64,000 nt of DNA from assembly GCA_027604505.1 (NCBI GenBank), contig JADIIX010000003.1:62001-126000 (forward strand), in the 5' to 3' direction. Shown piece after piece: positions 11,475-25,568 of this stretch. Positions within the stretch are counted from its first letter, which is position 1. Every line of letters begins with the position of its first letter. A program made the position numbers and the translations under genes. This DNA comes from Gonapodya sp. JEL0774 (Eukaryota). The notes beneath the pieces were generated by a model that had not been told where the DNA came from, ran no database searches, and saw only the letters and a list, made by a program, of their open reading frames with translations.

Positions 11475-14400
11475 ATGGACGTGGATGCTCAAACTTTCCC
11501 AACGCCCGAGGCGGCGATTGGAGTACACCAACGCACAGTTTCCTCGCCTGCCCAGCCTGCCACTGTTCCAACCCCATACATCCTCTATTTCGGACATTTG
11601 GGTAACTCGCATCCGGATCCAGTGTCTCCTGGTGTGCAGTACCCTCAGAGGGATGAAGAAATCAGTCTGTCTGAGCCAATGATGGTTCGGGAACTGAGAC
11701 TCGTTCCAAGAGGGCTTAAACCTGTTCCGTCATATTCAGAACTGGGGTGAGTTCTGATTAACTCATTTCATCCGAAAAGGCGAGATTAAGGGTGGAGTTG
11801 TCGGGGGCAACCGGTCCCAACCACCGTATACGAATTGCCCTTTTCGGCCCGAGATGTCTCGAGATATCTCGAAATGGCCCGAGGGAAATGTCGAGACACA
11901 TCATACTTTTCCGTGTATGTGCACTCGCGTGTGCAAGCCCGTGCTGAATATATCTCGAGTTTTGTGTCGTCTCAGAAAGGCACCTTTTTTCGTTATGTCA
12001 GATATTTTCTAAATATGTTTTTCACTTGTCAATTTCAGTCGAACGAGTCCGTCCACTTTCCCGGTGGACGTGTTTTACCTCACTAGTACACCCATCGCTC
12101 CCTCTGACCCTCAATTGCAACCACATTCTGGATCCTTGCCGACGAGTTCCTCGGAGGGTTCTTCGCACACGGCGAATTCTGTTAATGACACACCCTCTAT
12201 CACGTCGCGCTGGGAGCTTTTGACCAAGAAACCGGTAAAATACGATGAACACCACAAGGTCCAGAGCATGTACACAAGCAAGTTTACCGGCACGGGAAGA
12301 CCAGTAAGTCAGCATTCTACCACACGATTGGGGCGAGCGGTAGACTCAAATCTCATGCTGTCATCTGGAACCATCGGGGAATGATGGCTTTAAATCTCTG
12401 ACCTCATTGCTGTTCTTCACATCCTTCCCTCCGACTTTGGCGATCATGAATGTGTTTAGATAGCTACCAGAGCTCTCCGCTTTCGTGGAAGTTTCGATTG
12501 TTTGTCGGTATGCGTCCTTGGCTGGACTGTTGCAGATGTGCGCCGGGGGCGAGATCCCGCTAAGACAGGTCGAGAGAGAGAAACTTCTCAACAAGGAACC
12601 GATGAAGCCAACCGATCGGATAGATTGCTCTCTAACGGATCTTCAGCATTGGCTGCTATAGTTCCCATAACGTCGGGTTTCGCAGACGTTCGCGCTAGCG
12701 ACGCAGGGCTGCCAACTCCCGAACTTGCTGTACGGGTGTCGCAGACTCAGCAAGTCCTTGAAGCCCAACATGCTAGAGTAGAAAGTGGATCGGTAGTACA
12801 GGAGAATCCGGGCCGAACAGTGCTCACTCAGCAAGATGGTGAATTTCACAGGAGGAATCCGTCGTCTCTTCCTGTTCCTGGCAGTCGTCAGGAGTACTCG
12901 TCGGATGCAGTTCGTGAACCCCTAGAGTCACTCGAGAGGGTTCATCCTCGGCAATCACAATCAAGTGGTAACGGCAGCTCTTGGTCGCGAGAGCGGCCGC
13001 CCGCTCGTGATCCCTCCCCTCGTGGTCGCGATCAAGAGCTCAATAGTATGCGAGATCGTGAATATTCTACTCGCCCTGCAGCTAGAAGTTCGCGATCCAG
13101 GTCACCACCAGCCAGAAGGGACAGTCGGGACAGACTTGGACTTCCAGCTCTAGCTGAACGGGACTTGCGTGATCGAGAAATTCGCGACCAACGTGAAAGG
13201 GAACGGAACGAAAGAGAGCGTGAACGGGAGCAGCGGAAGGAGCGAGAACTCCGCGAGCAGCGAGAACGAGAACGAGATCAGCGGGAACGGGAAAGGCAGC
13301 AGGCACGGGAGATTGGGACTGAAGAGATGAGTGTGACATGGGATCAGGGGGACGGAGGTGAACCTGGCAAGACGGACGACGGAAAATCTCAACAACCAGT
13401 AGCGGTGGAAGATTTCGATGAGGTGAAGCGAACTTCCGGTTACACCAAACCGAAAAGACAACCCCCATTGGAAGGCGTAATAATAGGATATGAAGATTTG
13501 GCGAAGTCTTGTGTGAGTTCAGCTGTGCAAGTTATCAAATTTGGGTGTCCCTCCAACCTGTCTTCTATGCTGCTCAGCCTCCCCTCCAGCCGCCCTCATC
13601 CACTCTATCGTCGATCCCAGCACCTCCCAGTACAGCGTATCCGGCCTTTCTTGCCCGTGCCTCGCTTTTGCGTTCTCATCTTTCCCGAGATCCATCGAAT
13701 AACGGTGGTGAAGATCCACCACAGTTAACAAAAGTTAGGGAGTGGGGTGGGGTGTTGGCGGACATGCTTGCCGGGGATGATGGTGGCAAGTGGGTGGTTA
13801 ACGGCTTGGCAGGCTGGATGAGGCAAGAAGCCGGAGGGCTGAGTGCATTGAATCGTGAGGATGTGGTGTACATTCTCGAAAACCGTTCCCTCGGACGCTG
13901 ACGAGAATTACATCACCGCAAATTCTCCAGCCGCTCTGGTCGATATTGGCAGCGCAGTATATTACGCTCTAAACCCTCGGGGATGTTGGCAATCAATGCG
14001 ACTTTTTAGAATCGGTCTCGAGTTATTCTGCTTGATGAGTCGCTGCGGGGGCCCAATTGCGCGGGAGGTTCTGGTAAGAAGGCTGAAGGTGTCGATGCCT
14101 TCACTACCATTAGGGTCTAATGCATTTGCCGACAGCGAGTTGGTTGCTTGCCATTGCTTGTGCAGCTATCAACTCATACCCTCTCCACATCACCGTTGCG
14201 GTCGTTGGCTCTCCAAGCACTTCTCGATGCTCTCGATGAGCCCCAGGTCGCGGAGGCCCTTTTGGGCTGGGAAAATTGTCCGCCAGTAGATGACGATCTT
14301 TACGGGTCTCAAATCCTTCCTATGTTAGTTGCACCCACCGGGGAAAAGGGAGTCGGTGCTCGAATTTCGAGGCAAGCTGTGTTGATTGCTCGGAAAGTGG

Positions 14401-17400
14401 CGGCTTACGAAGCGGTAGCAGGGTTACAAGAGGTCGCACAAATCATTAAGATCAGGGAACCTTGTGGAACTCCTCTTGCCGACAACTCGGACAAGCAAGG
14501 TGTCATGGAGTACCGAGACGCAGACCATCAGAATTCGAAGGGTCCTCAGAGATCGTTCTCCTTGGATACATTGAATATGGACGGCCCTGACCTTCCGAAC
14601 CCTCTCACAACTGCCGCAGCATGTCTTGACGTCATCGCAACTGCCAGCGCGACCACCATTGGATGGTATGAAAATGACCTTGTTGATGACTTCGGCATCC
14701 GCCTTGGCAAAGTTCCTCGGTGTTTCAGTGTCCGATACTTGGATCAGCGACAATTTGTCCCTTCAGTACTCACTGTGCTCACCTCTGATCTTTTTAAAGG
14801 GACCATTGAGAAAATATCTGTTGCAGATTCGGAATTTGAACCAGATCAAAACATCGCACTGAGCATTATGGCCGCCGTGACTCGGATATTTGCCTCGCTG
14901 CTCTCTTCCCGCGAGGGCATTCTGTGGCTTTGCACAGAGTCGGGTCTCCAACTCGTTAGTGGACTATTTGCAGCCGCCACCCCTACTGCATCGGTGATGC
15001 ACGATGAGATGATTATTGAAACCTCAGAGAATAGTTCGAATGATTGGTATGCGGACTTAGTTGAGAGAACTCCGCCATTGTCGCAGGTGGCGCAGACCTC
15101 GGGCCTTGGATTTGGGAAGATGACTGAGAAGCACTGGGATTATCGTGACGATGAGGATATCCTTGCTGCGAGGAGGGTGTCCTCGGTGGAAGCTGCTGTG
15201 GCAACCGAAACAATTCCAAGTCATTCTGTATCCGGGGGCTGGGCTGATGTAGGACAACTGATGGTGATGCTGATTTATCACCTCTACGCCGCTGGACTCG
15301 TTCGACAGCTTGTTGAGCTCATCAAATCAACTTTACGAGTCAATGCAATAGGTTCTATTCATGTGCCGGGTCTGAGTAATCTCAGGATTGCAGACAAGCT
15401 TCAAAAGCTGAACCTGATATGCGTCACCCCTGTCGGACGGTGTGCCGCAGCTTGGGCAGTGCATCTCTTTGAAGGCTACAAATCTATCCTGTCAATTGTG
15501 AACTCCGTCGCGGAGCCAAAGGAGTTCAATTCGATAACCTATCAAAGCTTGGATGAGAAAATAGACCCCATTTATTTGGCTGGACTCGAACTGCTGCGTT
15601 GTCTGAGTCAAACCTCTGTGGGAGCTAGTGACCTTTTGGACAGGGGAAATTACGTGCATCTGCATGCGATCGCTGAAGGAGCGTCATCGTTCTCGCCTAA
15701 GGAGCTCCAGCCCGTTGTGCGGATTAATGCATCTTTGGGGACACAACTTGCAAGCAACACTCTTGAAGGTATTAATGTCATCGTTCAGACTCTTACTGCA
15801 GAAACAGGTGGTTTGCGGACACTGCAACCAATTTTACTTGATCGGTCGTCTTTGACTCTAGCCGTCATCTGCTTACGAGCCATTTCTATGTTCGTTAGTC
15901 AAGATGCTGCAGGCTGGAATATGTGGGGACTCTTGAGGGTGTGGGAGAAACTTGACATTGTTGCGTCGAATGTGAAAGCTGCTGAGAAGCACCGTGGCGT
16001 CGGCCTCATAGTGGGCTCCGAACTTGCTGAGACTTTGGAGGTTCGTCGGAGTTTCATAGCGTGGATCATTAGTCTTCTCGAAGTTGCTTCGGATAAGTTG
16101 GCAGAGCTGCAGATTGATGCACCTGCATCCAAGCAAAACGGATCAAAGGATCAGCTTCGTCGTCATCGAAACAGTTTGGTTAATGGAACTGGATCCTCTA
16201 CCCCTAAAGTCGGACCCGATAAAGCTGGAGTTTTTGCTCCAATGGATATTGATGACCCTGCCAACCGAGAACGAATGGACGCTACCGACTCATCCAAAAA
16301 TAAATCGGCAACTTCTCATGCAATTGCTTCCCCGGGAATATCTCTAGATGACCTGCAGACGCAGTCCGCATTAGTGGACCTAATCGAAATATGCGTCTGT
16401 TTAGTAAACAAAGTCACCTCTGTGTGTTACGATGTTGGGGTTCCGCAGATAGCGCTCGGCACCACACGAGAATGTGTTCCAATTGGTGCATTGGACGAGA
16501 ACATGGTACCATATGTTCAATTTACAAACGAACTGCTCTCCTCAAAGACTGGTCGGGACTTAGATCGGATGTCTTCATTGATGCGACCTGTCTCAGTCAT
16601 GTCAATCGTCACACCTGGACTCTTGAAGGCCTACGGCACTTTGGAGCGACTGAATATCTCGCGGTTCTATTTTGCGGGGGGAGCACTTGCAACAGCCAGC
16701 ATCGTCTTCGGATCTGGCGCGAATCTCTCAGATCTCTCTGAATCTGAACACCAGCAGAAAATTTCTCCCACTAACACCTATTGGAATGTGCTTCAAGTGA
16801 AGCAGATGATAGTCAGCTTCCTTAAGGAGACCACGTCGTTCATTATTTCCGAGGTTTCCCAGACACAAAAGTCAACTGATATCGTCGAAGCAGCTATTCG
16901 TGGAGTCGCGCGTTTATCGGTCAAGGACCTGACTGAAGATCGAGAAACTCCGGAGTTGGATGTAATTGTCGTTCCGCACTATTTTGAGCCTCCAGTCAAG
17001 GTTATTGACGAAATTTTGAATGGATTTATGTGGGAGAGCACCGAGAACATTCTGCACGCTGCTCAGTTGCTGAACGACCTTCTCCCTTCATGCTTGCCGA
17101 TAGTTCAAACGAGCTCGGAAGACGATGAAAATGAGGACGATCTCACCGTAGAAGATCTTTCCAGACAGGCTCGGGCTCTCAGAATTTATTGGCAGAGGAA
17201 TTTGGTTCCACATGTTGGGGGGCTTTGTAAGGCTATTCGTGTCTTGGGAGCAACCAGCACGAGGGAGCTCCACCTAGCGACGCGAGCACTTGTATGTCAG
17301 TTAGTGGACTTGGACTTGGAGGACGTCGGAGTCGCTCGAAGTATTTTGAGTGTCATCGTTGAGGAATTGGAAATGACCTATGAAAATGTCAAGGCGGTCG

Positions 17401-19699
17401 TCACACCGTTCCGAAACCGAATTATTCCCGAGACGGGCGCTCCACTGGACGAAGACCTTGAGCGGAACTCGATTCTCCGCGTGACCACACCTCTGGCACG
17501 ATGGCTCAGCATCTTATCAGCTGCTACAAGTATTTCTTCGGGAAAAGCCTATTTTTTGATGTGCTCCTCAGATACATCAAGTGGAATTCCATTCGCGGAG
17601 CGCATAGTTCCCTTGCTTCTGCAATTACCAGACCTTCTCTCTACTGGAAACATTGTTGCAGATCTCGGACTCGAAATTCTGGCTTCACTCTGTGATCAGC
17701 GCTTGTCATTACTCGGTGGCGACTACGATGAGCATCCGCAGCAGAACAATCAATCACCCTCCGAATATGTGAAAGCAGTGACTACTGCCACATCCAGCGC
17801 AGTTCCATCGGATAGCACCATCGCAAAGATATCATCAACCCTCTTAGAGGTCATCACCCGAGTCAAGGACGTCCGGCTGCAGCTTCAAATCATTCTGTTC
17901 TTGGTGAACGCATTTGAATCCAACAAGGTGGCTGAGGTTGTCTGTACCACTCCGCACCTTCACGGTCTTATCTGCGAGCTCGCAGATTGGATTCTGCGGG
18001 AGCTTTTGTCGGGGGTTTCGGACAAAACCCGGAGTATGGATCCCGTGGCAGTCGAAGGGGCACTTCAGGGCTTGACATTCATCCGGATGGTGCTCGACCG
18101 ATCTGGACAGCATTCGGAGTTTGAATGGAGTCCACTGTTGGCGGCATTTGCCGATGATATTCGTAAGTATGAGTGGAGACTCCAGCAGCTCAAATCCGTG
18201 TCCAGAGGAGCCGCTGAAATCGCACAAAGCACGGCGAACTCTTTTCAGCTTCAGCAGCAGCGGATGGCAGAACGAGGCACACAGGTGCTCGAGGACGAAG
18301 AAGAATCCATTATCGATCCCATGATATTCACGACCATCTCCGACCTAGCTGAGTACATTGGGGAGATCTTATCCAGCCCGTCAGGCACTGCTGCGCCAAG
18401 TCCGGCTACTGGTGTTGATGGCATGGGCGGGGAGGCAAAAGACTTGTCACCACTGAAAGACACGAAGAACAGAGGGTCTCAGAAGTTGATGATGTTGATG
18501 AAGCGTCGAATTATTATTTCATCAGGTAAAGAACGCTGTGCAAAGCCACAAATCCAGGCACGACTGTTAATATGGTCCTCCTTTTACATTTTTCTTTTAA
18601 GAACGTTATGAAAGCCTCCAGTTGTTTAATGTTGACGAGGAGTCAACCCTTCTATGGGAAGTTGGGGATGAGCCCACTGATCTGTACAAGCTTGCGAAGG
18701 AAGTTTTGCCTCCGACTGCACTCGAAGGTCGCTTCCGGATGTTCGATGACAGTGTGAGTTCGCTCGACACACAACACGGCCGACCATTACAGAGGCGCCA
18801 TCCTCCCAAACCCCATCGAACCTTTGTGAAGAACGATTTCCGGTGAGAGTTGTCTTGAGTGATGGGGGTTGTTGACGGTGTCGAATCTAAATCTTCATGC
18901 GAAATTGATGTTTGGAAGGAGCAACCACGCCTCTCGAAAGAACAACTCAAGCAGGCCACCTTCGATTCATGTGGATGACTTTGTCAAAGGCGCCAATTCA
19001 GGTTCATCGACCAACGCCGCCAACAGAGTGCATTTATCTGGGAGCTCTTGGCGCGACCCTCGGATTAATGACAACCAACCGCCGCGCCGAAATAGCGGTG
19101 GCTACTCGCACACACTTGGTGGTAATAGCTCACGATTCGCTGCATCTTCAAGTCGGGATGGACGTGGCCACGCGTCAACTCTCCCCCGGTCGTCAACATC
19201 GCACAAGCCTGCAGACACCACCACCGCACGATCCGCAGCCATTGCAAACGCAGTAGCTATCACAGCCGCGCAGTACGCTATGGGGCTTTCCGGATTCGGA
19301 GTTAACACGGCTGGCATGTTTGTTCAAAGTGGCAGTTGGGCTTACCCACAAGACTCATCAGACTCGCGATACACGGGGAGTTCGTGGATGAGTCCGTACG
19401 ATACGTGGGGAGGTTACGATGGGAGATATGAGACCACTGGATCTTCTGGCACTCAGGGGTATTCAGGCTCGGGGTCAGCTGGTTACTCAGTGGGAAGCGG
19501 CTACGTTGGTCCCGGTGCCAATGGCTTTGTTTCGTCGGGAGCTGGTGGATATTCGAACACCAGTAGCAACGCTGCCTACGCAAACTCGGTTGCGGGGAAC
19601 TACCCACACTCCGGAGCGGGGTACTCAAACTCAGGTGGTGGTTTTGATTACCCTGCGCCACCTCCACCACTGTCTTCCTCGTCACGGTACCGGCGCTAA
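11475..19699 (+). CDS. Virilizer/VIRMA-like m6A writer-complex subunit
   Basis: N-terminal VIR_N-like ILYFGHL...EPMMVRELRLVPRG, a large helical exon (14148-18525), and C-terminal RKNNSSRPPSIHVDDFV matching the virilizer NTSRPPSMHVDD motif, followed by a G/S/Y-rich tail. Confidence 0.8.
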
Positions 19700-19955
19700 T
19701 AATATCAATTTGCATGGGGATACGTTTCCCCGATTTCCCGGAGGAAATAGGTATGCAGAAGCTCAAACCAAATAATTTTTTGAGGACTGTAAATAGAACA
19801 TCGTCTCAATTCGGGCTGCAAAGAACCGTATTCTTCTCCCGTCGAACTGAAGATTTTGTATTCGGTTGCGAGTAATCAAAAATGTAGGTCGAGAGTAGGA
19901 GCTACAGTCTAATGAGATAGAACGGACGCACCGTGACTTGGTGTCCAAACATAAA

Positions 19956-22126
19956 TTAATCAATTGAGTCCCGTCTGGCTAAGACTTTAGGAGGGGTATC
20001 TAAACCCCGGGGAAATGTTCCCGGCGCCCTTCCCGCACCGCTCACACCACTCGCGCTCATATCACCTTCACCTTCACCTTCCGTGTCGGGATCCATTTCA
20101 ACTCCCCCAGAGCCTTCCTCTCCACCCATTCCAATATCCCCTCCGATAGTCCCACCACTTTGACGTTCCTGGTCAGGCCCCCCCCGTAACCAGTCCTTTG
20201 CAACCTCCATCCCCTCTCGGGCCTTTTGCAGCCTCTTGGAACCCAAACCCCACGGAACTTTTATAGTCACCCCCTCCGGCTCCACTGCCTGCTTCACGAT
20301 CCTCTCTCGGATCCATCTGGTGAGCATGGTCGTCAACCTGGGTAAATCTTTCACCTTCGTCTTGTGCCCGACTAGGGAGCGCACGTCGAGATCGAGTTGA
20401 AAGTCGGGGAGGAGAGATATCCGGAGAGAGATGTCAGTCGTGGTGGATTGAGGGTCCGTGGTAGGTGAAGTGGGAGATGCCGAGGAGGTCGGAGATGTGG
20501 GCGAGTGAGGAGGTGACAGTGACGTGGGAACACCAGCGGAGGGTGGTCGAGCAGTGGCATCCAGCACCGCAGGAGGCGTGGGTGGAGCAGATGCGACTCC
20601 GTCGACCACAATAGTACCTGGAAGGATATTACTGAGAAGCGCGCCAGTTGTGGACGAGAAAAACAAGTCCGCGCTTTCAGCAAGCGGGTCTATCGTGGGA
20701 GGTTGTAGTGGGGGTGGTGATCCGAACTCCCGGTCGAACCCAAAATCGGCTGTAGTTCGGGGTGGTCCCGAACCATTGGAGTACCCTGGCTGTGCGGGTC
20801 TAGATGTGGCGGATGCAGCAATCGGGACAGTTTCGGTAACAAATTCTAGTGTGATCTTTGCATACCAAGTACAAAACATCAGGGCGTGGTGGAAGTAAGA
20901 CATGAAGCGAACCAGTTCCCCGTGCCGGAAACTCGCCTCAGCCCCATTCAGTAACGAACAGGTCACCCACCTTGCCTTCAAACTTCACCACGCTTACAGT
21001 TAACTGTAGCGGTAACGACGCAATGAGAGGCTTCGGCCAATTGACGAGCACGGATGTGTCGAGACCCAACGTGATGTGGTCGTGGAGAATCAAGTCCAGT
21101 TCGACTCTCTAAGGGAAAGAATCACGGGGAAGCTAAAATTAGCAGAGCAGCCGACCTGTAACGAACGAACCAAAAGCAGCCCGTGCACGTCAAGTTGTCA
21201 GCTGCACGCCACAGTCTGACTCACCACGTTCGCCCCTCCCCTGGCTGGTCTGACTCTTGCTGCGGTAATTGTAGGGAATTCCTCGCCCATCGAAAAGTCG
21301 GTGATGGTGATAGGCCCCTGTGGTGGGCATCGGGGGAAGGTGTGGTGAGTTGTTGGAAACAGCATCCAGAGGCATCAGACTCGGCGAATAACCGCCGGTA
21401 GGTCTTGTGACATTGAGAAAGACAGGCACTGCTCGCTCCAGCGCACACAACTTCAAATTTCCATCCCTTGATACAATAACCGATCATCCCCGACTCTCCT
21501 CCAATCCTCAAATTCCCTCTCCCTGCTGCAGAAACCCCACGTCCCCCGTTCTTACACCCACCAACCACCCTGGCCTGGTCTCTGGATTCATCACCTCCCC
21601 AACCACCTCCACCACCCTCTCAACAAACACTTTGTCGCTCCTACACCGAGAAACGACTTGTGCAGCCAGAATGTTGAGCCAAACGCAGGATTCTGCGGGG
21701 AGGGAAGAGAGTTGGGCAGGTGTTGTGTATTGGGGACCAAGGAGGCGGGAGAGTGGGGGAGGGTTGGAAGGTGGGGGCTGGTCGTGTTTGATGTTGGCAA
21801 AGGCGAAAATGTGGGGGGAGATGAGTGCGAAGTGAGGAAGTGCTCACTTTTATCCGCACTACAGGCTTCTTCCCGTCTTTTGCACCGTCCCCCAATCCAG
21901 AAGCAGCCTCGACAACCCTCTTCGTCTCTCTCTCGCTTCTGAAAAACGCCGCGCGGAGCACCACGAATATGAGAAGAAGGAGGACGACTTGGCCGAGGAG
22001 GAACCCCAGAATTAGCGTGGGGAGGCTAAGGCTTGTTGGGACTAGAGGAGCGCGGGGGAGGGAGAGTGACAGAGTAGACAGAAGACGAAAAGTCGGTGGA
22101 AGTCAGTGGGATCAGGTACATGACAT
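19956..22126 (-). CDS. MMM1: ERMES complex subunit Mmm1 (TM + SMP lipid-transfer domain)
   Basis: TM segment GFLLGQVVLLLLIFVVLRAAFF, ESCVWLNILAAQV, and ISLLPDFQLDLDVRSLVGHKTKVKDLPRL. Confidence 0.85.
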
Positions 22127-22552
22127 TGAGAGTCAGAGCCGTCATGTATACACCAAGACTCCAACGTATCCCCGCACTGTAAAAGCGTACGAACGAGCTC
22201 TTACGTTCCTCCGCATATACTCTGTCACCTGTGTCCCGGTTCCCATCGGACCATGTCATCAAGCACCCAGCAAAATCCACATTGTCGGTATTGTCCACCA
22301 ACACCACATGACACTTGTTATCGAGGTCCAAATCAATCCTCACAAAATGACCTCACGGTTCCTCTTCTGATTGATCAGCAGTCATTTGCAGGATCCCACA
22401 TTCGTGTCTGCCCGAGGCAGAAACTCTCTCCGTGTCAGTGCACACGATTCTCATCCCCTCGCCCCTCCACACCACGGTGCTTTTGTTGCTGTTCAAATTT
22501 GTTTAGCTGTCATTGAATTTGGCGACAGGTTCGTCAAAGCTTGCGACCTCCA

Positions 22553-23686
22553 TCAAACCAGACCACAGGCCCTGGAAGCCACTGGAGCCTTTCCACATGC
22601 TTGCACCTTTCCCGCATGCTTGCACATCCCCCACGGGTCGAGCACAAAACGCTCACCTGCGCTCTTCCCCTGTTCCCCACTATCTCCAGTTCCGACTCTG
22701 GTTCCTGCTCCGACACTCACGCCTGTCGGTGACTTTCCGGTACTTTCACCGAGTGCAGGGATCGCGTCCTCGACCGCCTGTCCCGCGGAGGTATCGCCTA
22801 TCACAGGTTGTGCATGAGAATGGTGGGAAGGAGGAACTGCCAGGGGGGTGTAAGAGGAAGATGGTTGTGCGGATGGGGAAGAGGAGTGCGCGGGTGGGTG
22901 GGAGTGACTTAGCGCTTGTTGTTGTTGCGCTGGTGGTGGGGGTGGTAATGGAGATGTCGTCGTGGTAGAGGGGGCCGTATTTGAATGGGTATGCGATTCT
23001 GGATAACCGGTAGACGCTGCTCCGCCTCCTCCTCCACTGCCGTCGCCGGCGTACCCTCCCGATTGATATCCTGTCTGATATGCCCCTTGGTAAGAGTGAG
23101 GGTATGCGTTGTGGTGATGCGGGTGCGCGTTTTGGGAGTAGTGGGGTGGGAATGGGTAAGGATAGGGATAAGGGTACGGATACGGATACGGATTTGCGTG
23201 TACGTTGTAAGGATAACCGTCGTACGATGACGCGGGTTCGTATGGGACTGGATCAGGGTTGACGGGATGTTGGTGGAGTACGACAGTGGCGACAGTGACG
23301 AAGACGGTTTGAGTAAGTGGGGGCAGGGTGGTTGTCGGGGGGGGTGGTGGGGGAGGGAGGGGTGGACAGTGGNNNNNNNNNNGGGTGTGTGGGGGGGGGG
23401 GGGGGGGGGGTGGGACGAGCGGAGGTGCGGGCTCTGGGAGAGATGTACAGGTTGCGGACGAGACAAGCGAAGCGGTGTGGAAGGGGAGTTTGTGGGGTGT
23501 ATCTATGGAGACATGACTGTGAACGTGAAGAGCAGGGTCCGGATCAGGTTCCAGGGGATCGGAAGTTGAAGCCATTGCGGGTGGTAGATGTTGGAGCAAA
23601 CCACTGAGAGTAAGAATAGTTGGGGGGATTATTTGGGAAGAGGGAGAACTGAATGTGAGAACATGTGTAGAGTGTGGTTTGTGCAT
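22553..23686 (-). CDS. Hypothetical Pro/His/Tyr-rich protein (spans an assembly gap)
   Basis: 399-aa ORF with polyPro and (YP)n repeats. May have further 3' exons toward 22200. Confidence 0.45.
   Translation of the reverse strand: MHKPHSTHVLTFSSPSSQIIPPTILTLSGLLQHLPPAMASTSDPLEPDPDPALHVHSHVSIDTPHKLPFHTASLVSSATCTSLPEPAPPLVPPPPPPPPHTXXXXHCPPLPPPPPPPTTTLPPLTQTVFVTVATVVLHQHPVNPDPVPYEPASSYDGYPYNVHANPYPYPYPYPYPYPFPPHYSQNAHPHHHNAYPHSYQGAYQTGYQSGGYAGDGSGGGGGAASTGYPESHTHSNTAPSTTTTSPLPPPPPAQQQQALSHSHPPAHSSSPSAQPSSSYTPLAVPPSHHSHAQPVIGDTSAGQAVEDAIPALGESTGKSPTGVSVGAGTRVGTGDSGEQGKSAGERFVLDPWGMCKHAGKVQACGKAPVASRACGLV
23373..23382. other. Assembly gap (10 N) inside a G-rich tract
   Basis: nnnnnnnnnn next to a poly-G run. 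Confidence 0.99.
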
Positions 23687-25568
23687 CAGGATGGAATGAG
23701 CCTCCGTGCCACCGCCCGTCAAAGCTCGCCGCAATCGGCGAAAATGTGTCACTCTTGTCGCTGCCGGTGAGCAATGGACGAACTGTCAGGCAGTGTCGTT
23801 CAGGGTGTGGTGAGTTGAACGATCAGAGACAGGGGTGAAGGAATCCTCAACCACTACCGCATTCTGCCCATCCGACATCGACAAAGTCATAAACTGAGTT
23901 GCTCGGAGATGGTAAACCAAGTCAGATGCTCATGCCGAATGGGCAATTTCGCCCAATTGGAGCTTCGACTTTTGATTCCGCTTGTCCGAACTCAGTCTAA
24001 TCCGACACGGTTAGCTTTTCCGACCGCGAGCTGTGCATGGAATCAATATGACAATCCGTCCTCGAAATGATTGGTGCACTATGCAACGCAGTGATTTTCA
24101 GATGGCAGTTGGAATGTTGAGAGCATGTTCCTGTTGGCCGATTCCTGAGCGAATCCCCGAGAAAGAATTGGCTTTGATGGACTGAATTGCATCGGTTGCA
24201 TCCACAGCCAAAGGTGGAAATATGTCGCGGCAATCGCGAAAACTCTGAACATCGAATATTTGACAGGAAAGAAGGAAAAAGCACAAGGACGGCGTGGGAG
24301 ACAATGGGAGACACTCACGTGCGAACCAGAACTGACTCAGATTTGCTCCTCACTCCTTCAGTCGGGATCTCGTGTGGGCGTGGGGCTGGGGAACAGAATG
24401 CTGCTATTATGAACCACGTCACACCGACCCTGCAGACCACAGCACCATAATGGGTGTAAAACATTACGGATATAACACAACAATTCAAAGTTCCTATGTC
24501 GTCTCTTTACAATTATGACTTGAGGGGATTTGGAAATCCACCGGCGGGCTGGGACGTCACAGATCCGTCACACTTTCGAAAACATCCCCGTGTCGCAGTC
24601 GGAATCAGTAATGATCAGCATAGTTATTGAGTATATTAACAGAAATATATGTGCGTGGAGATCAGGCCATGCCTCCGCGTGGCTTCTCTGGGCACATCCG
24701 TATTCTGGAGTGCCCTATAAATTGTTCGCGAGTCCATCAGAATGTCAAAGTTTTGGTAAACGAATGGAAAACCATCCTTTGCAGGCCTCTTGCCATTTTG
24801 TGGTTGCGAGAACCATGCTTGTATAGCCTTACGGATCCATCTCTGTTTGGCGAAACAGAAATCATTGGTTTGCAGGAAGCAAAGTTGGCCAGGCTAGAAT
24901 TAGAGCGCTCACCTTGTTCTTGACATCGATTTCAAGTTCACGTCTCGGCTACAAAAAAAGTGTGACACAAACATTTGTTTCGTGGCTCGTTCCCTATCTC
25001 CGGTAATAGCAATATAATGACAGGCTCAATTGTGCGCCTTACCAGCCATCTCCTCTGGTGTTGGTTGCTGAGTTTGAAAAAGACTGTGATAAGTATTGGC
25101 AGATTATGGAGACAAAGTACATTTCATGTGTTCTCACATTGTAAAGGACATAGATCCGGCAACGGGGTTGTATCGGATGACATGTCATTTGACCCAATCT
25201 CAATGAGTTTCAGCATACTTGGCAATAAAGTTGGGTGGTGGAGACTTCGCTTCGCTGCAAACCTCTTTTTGGAGCCACGGCACTAAGGGGAGTGGCTTCC
25301 CCTGCCATTGTCGTGCGCCGTGCCCGACCGACGTGAGGATGGATCGACCCGTCCTCATCCCCAATCGTCTCAGCGAGACTGCGAGATTTTTTTGCTTTTC
25401 GTTCGCTTAGAGTGTGTTATTTCTCCGCGTCCGATCCGGTGCTTTCGTGTCATCCTTGTCGTTTCATTCCATCCCTCTTCACGGTCTCCCTCGAGCCACT
25501 TCATCCTGCCATCTTCCGCCCTGGGCCCCATTCCAACGTTGAGCTCTTTGTTCGTGTTTCTCTCGCCT

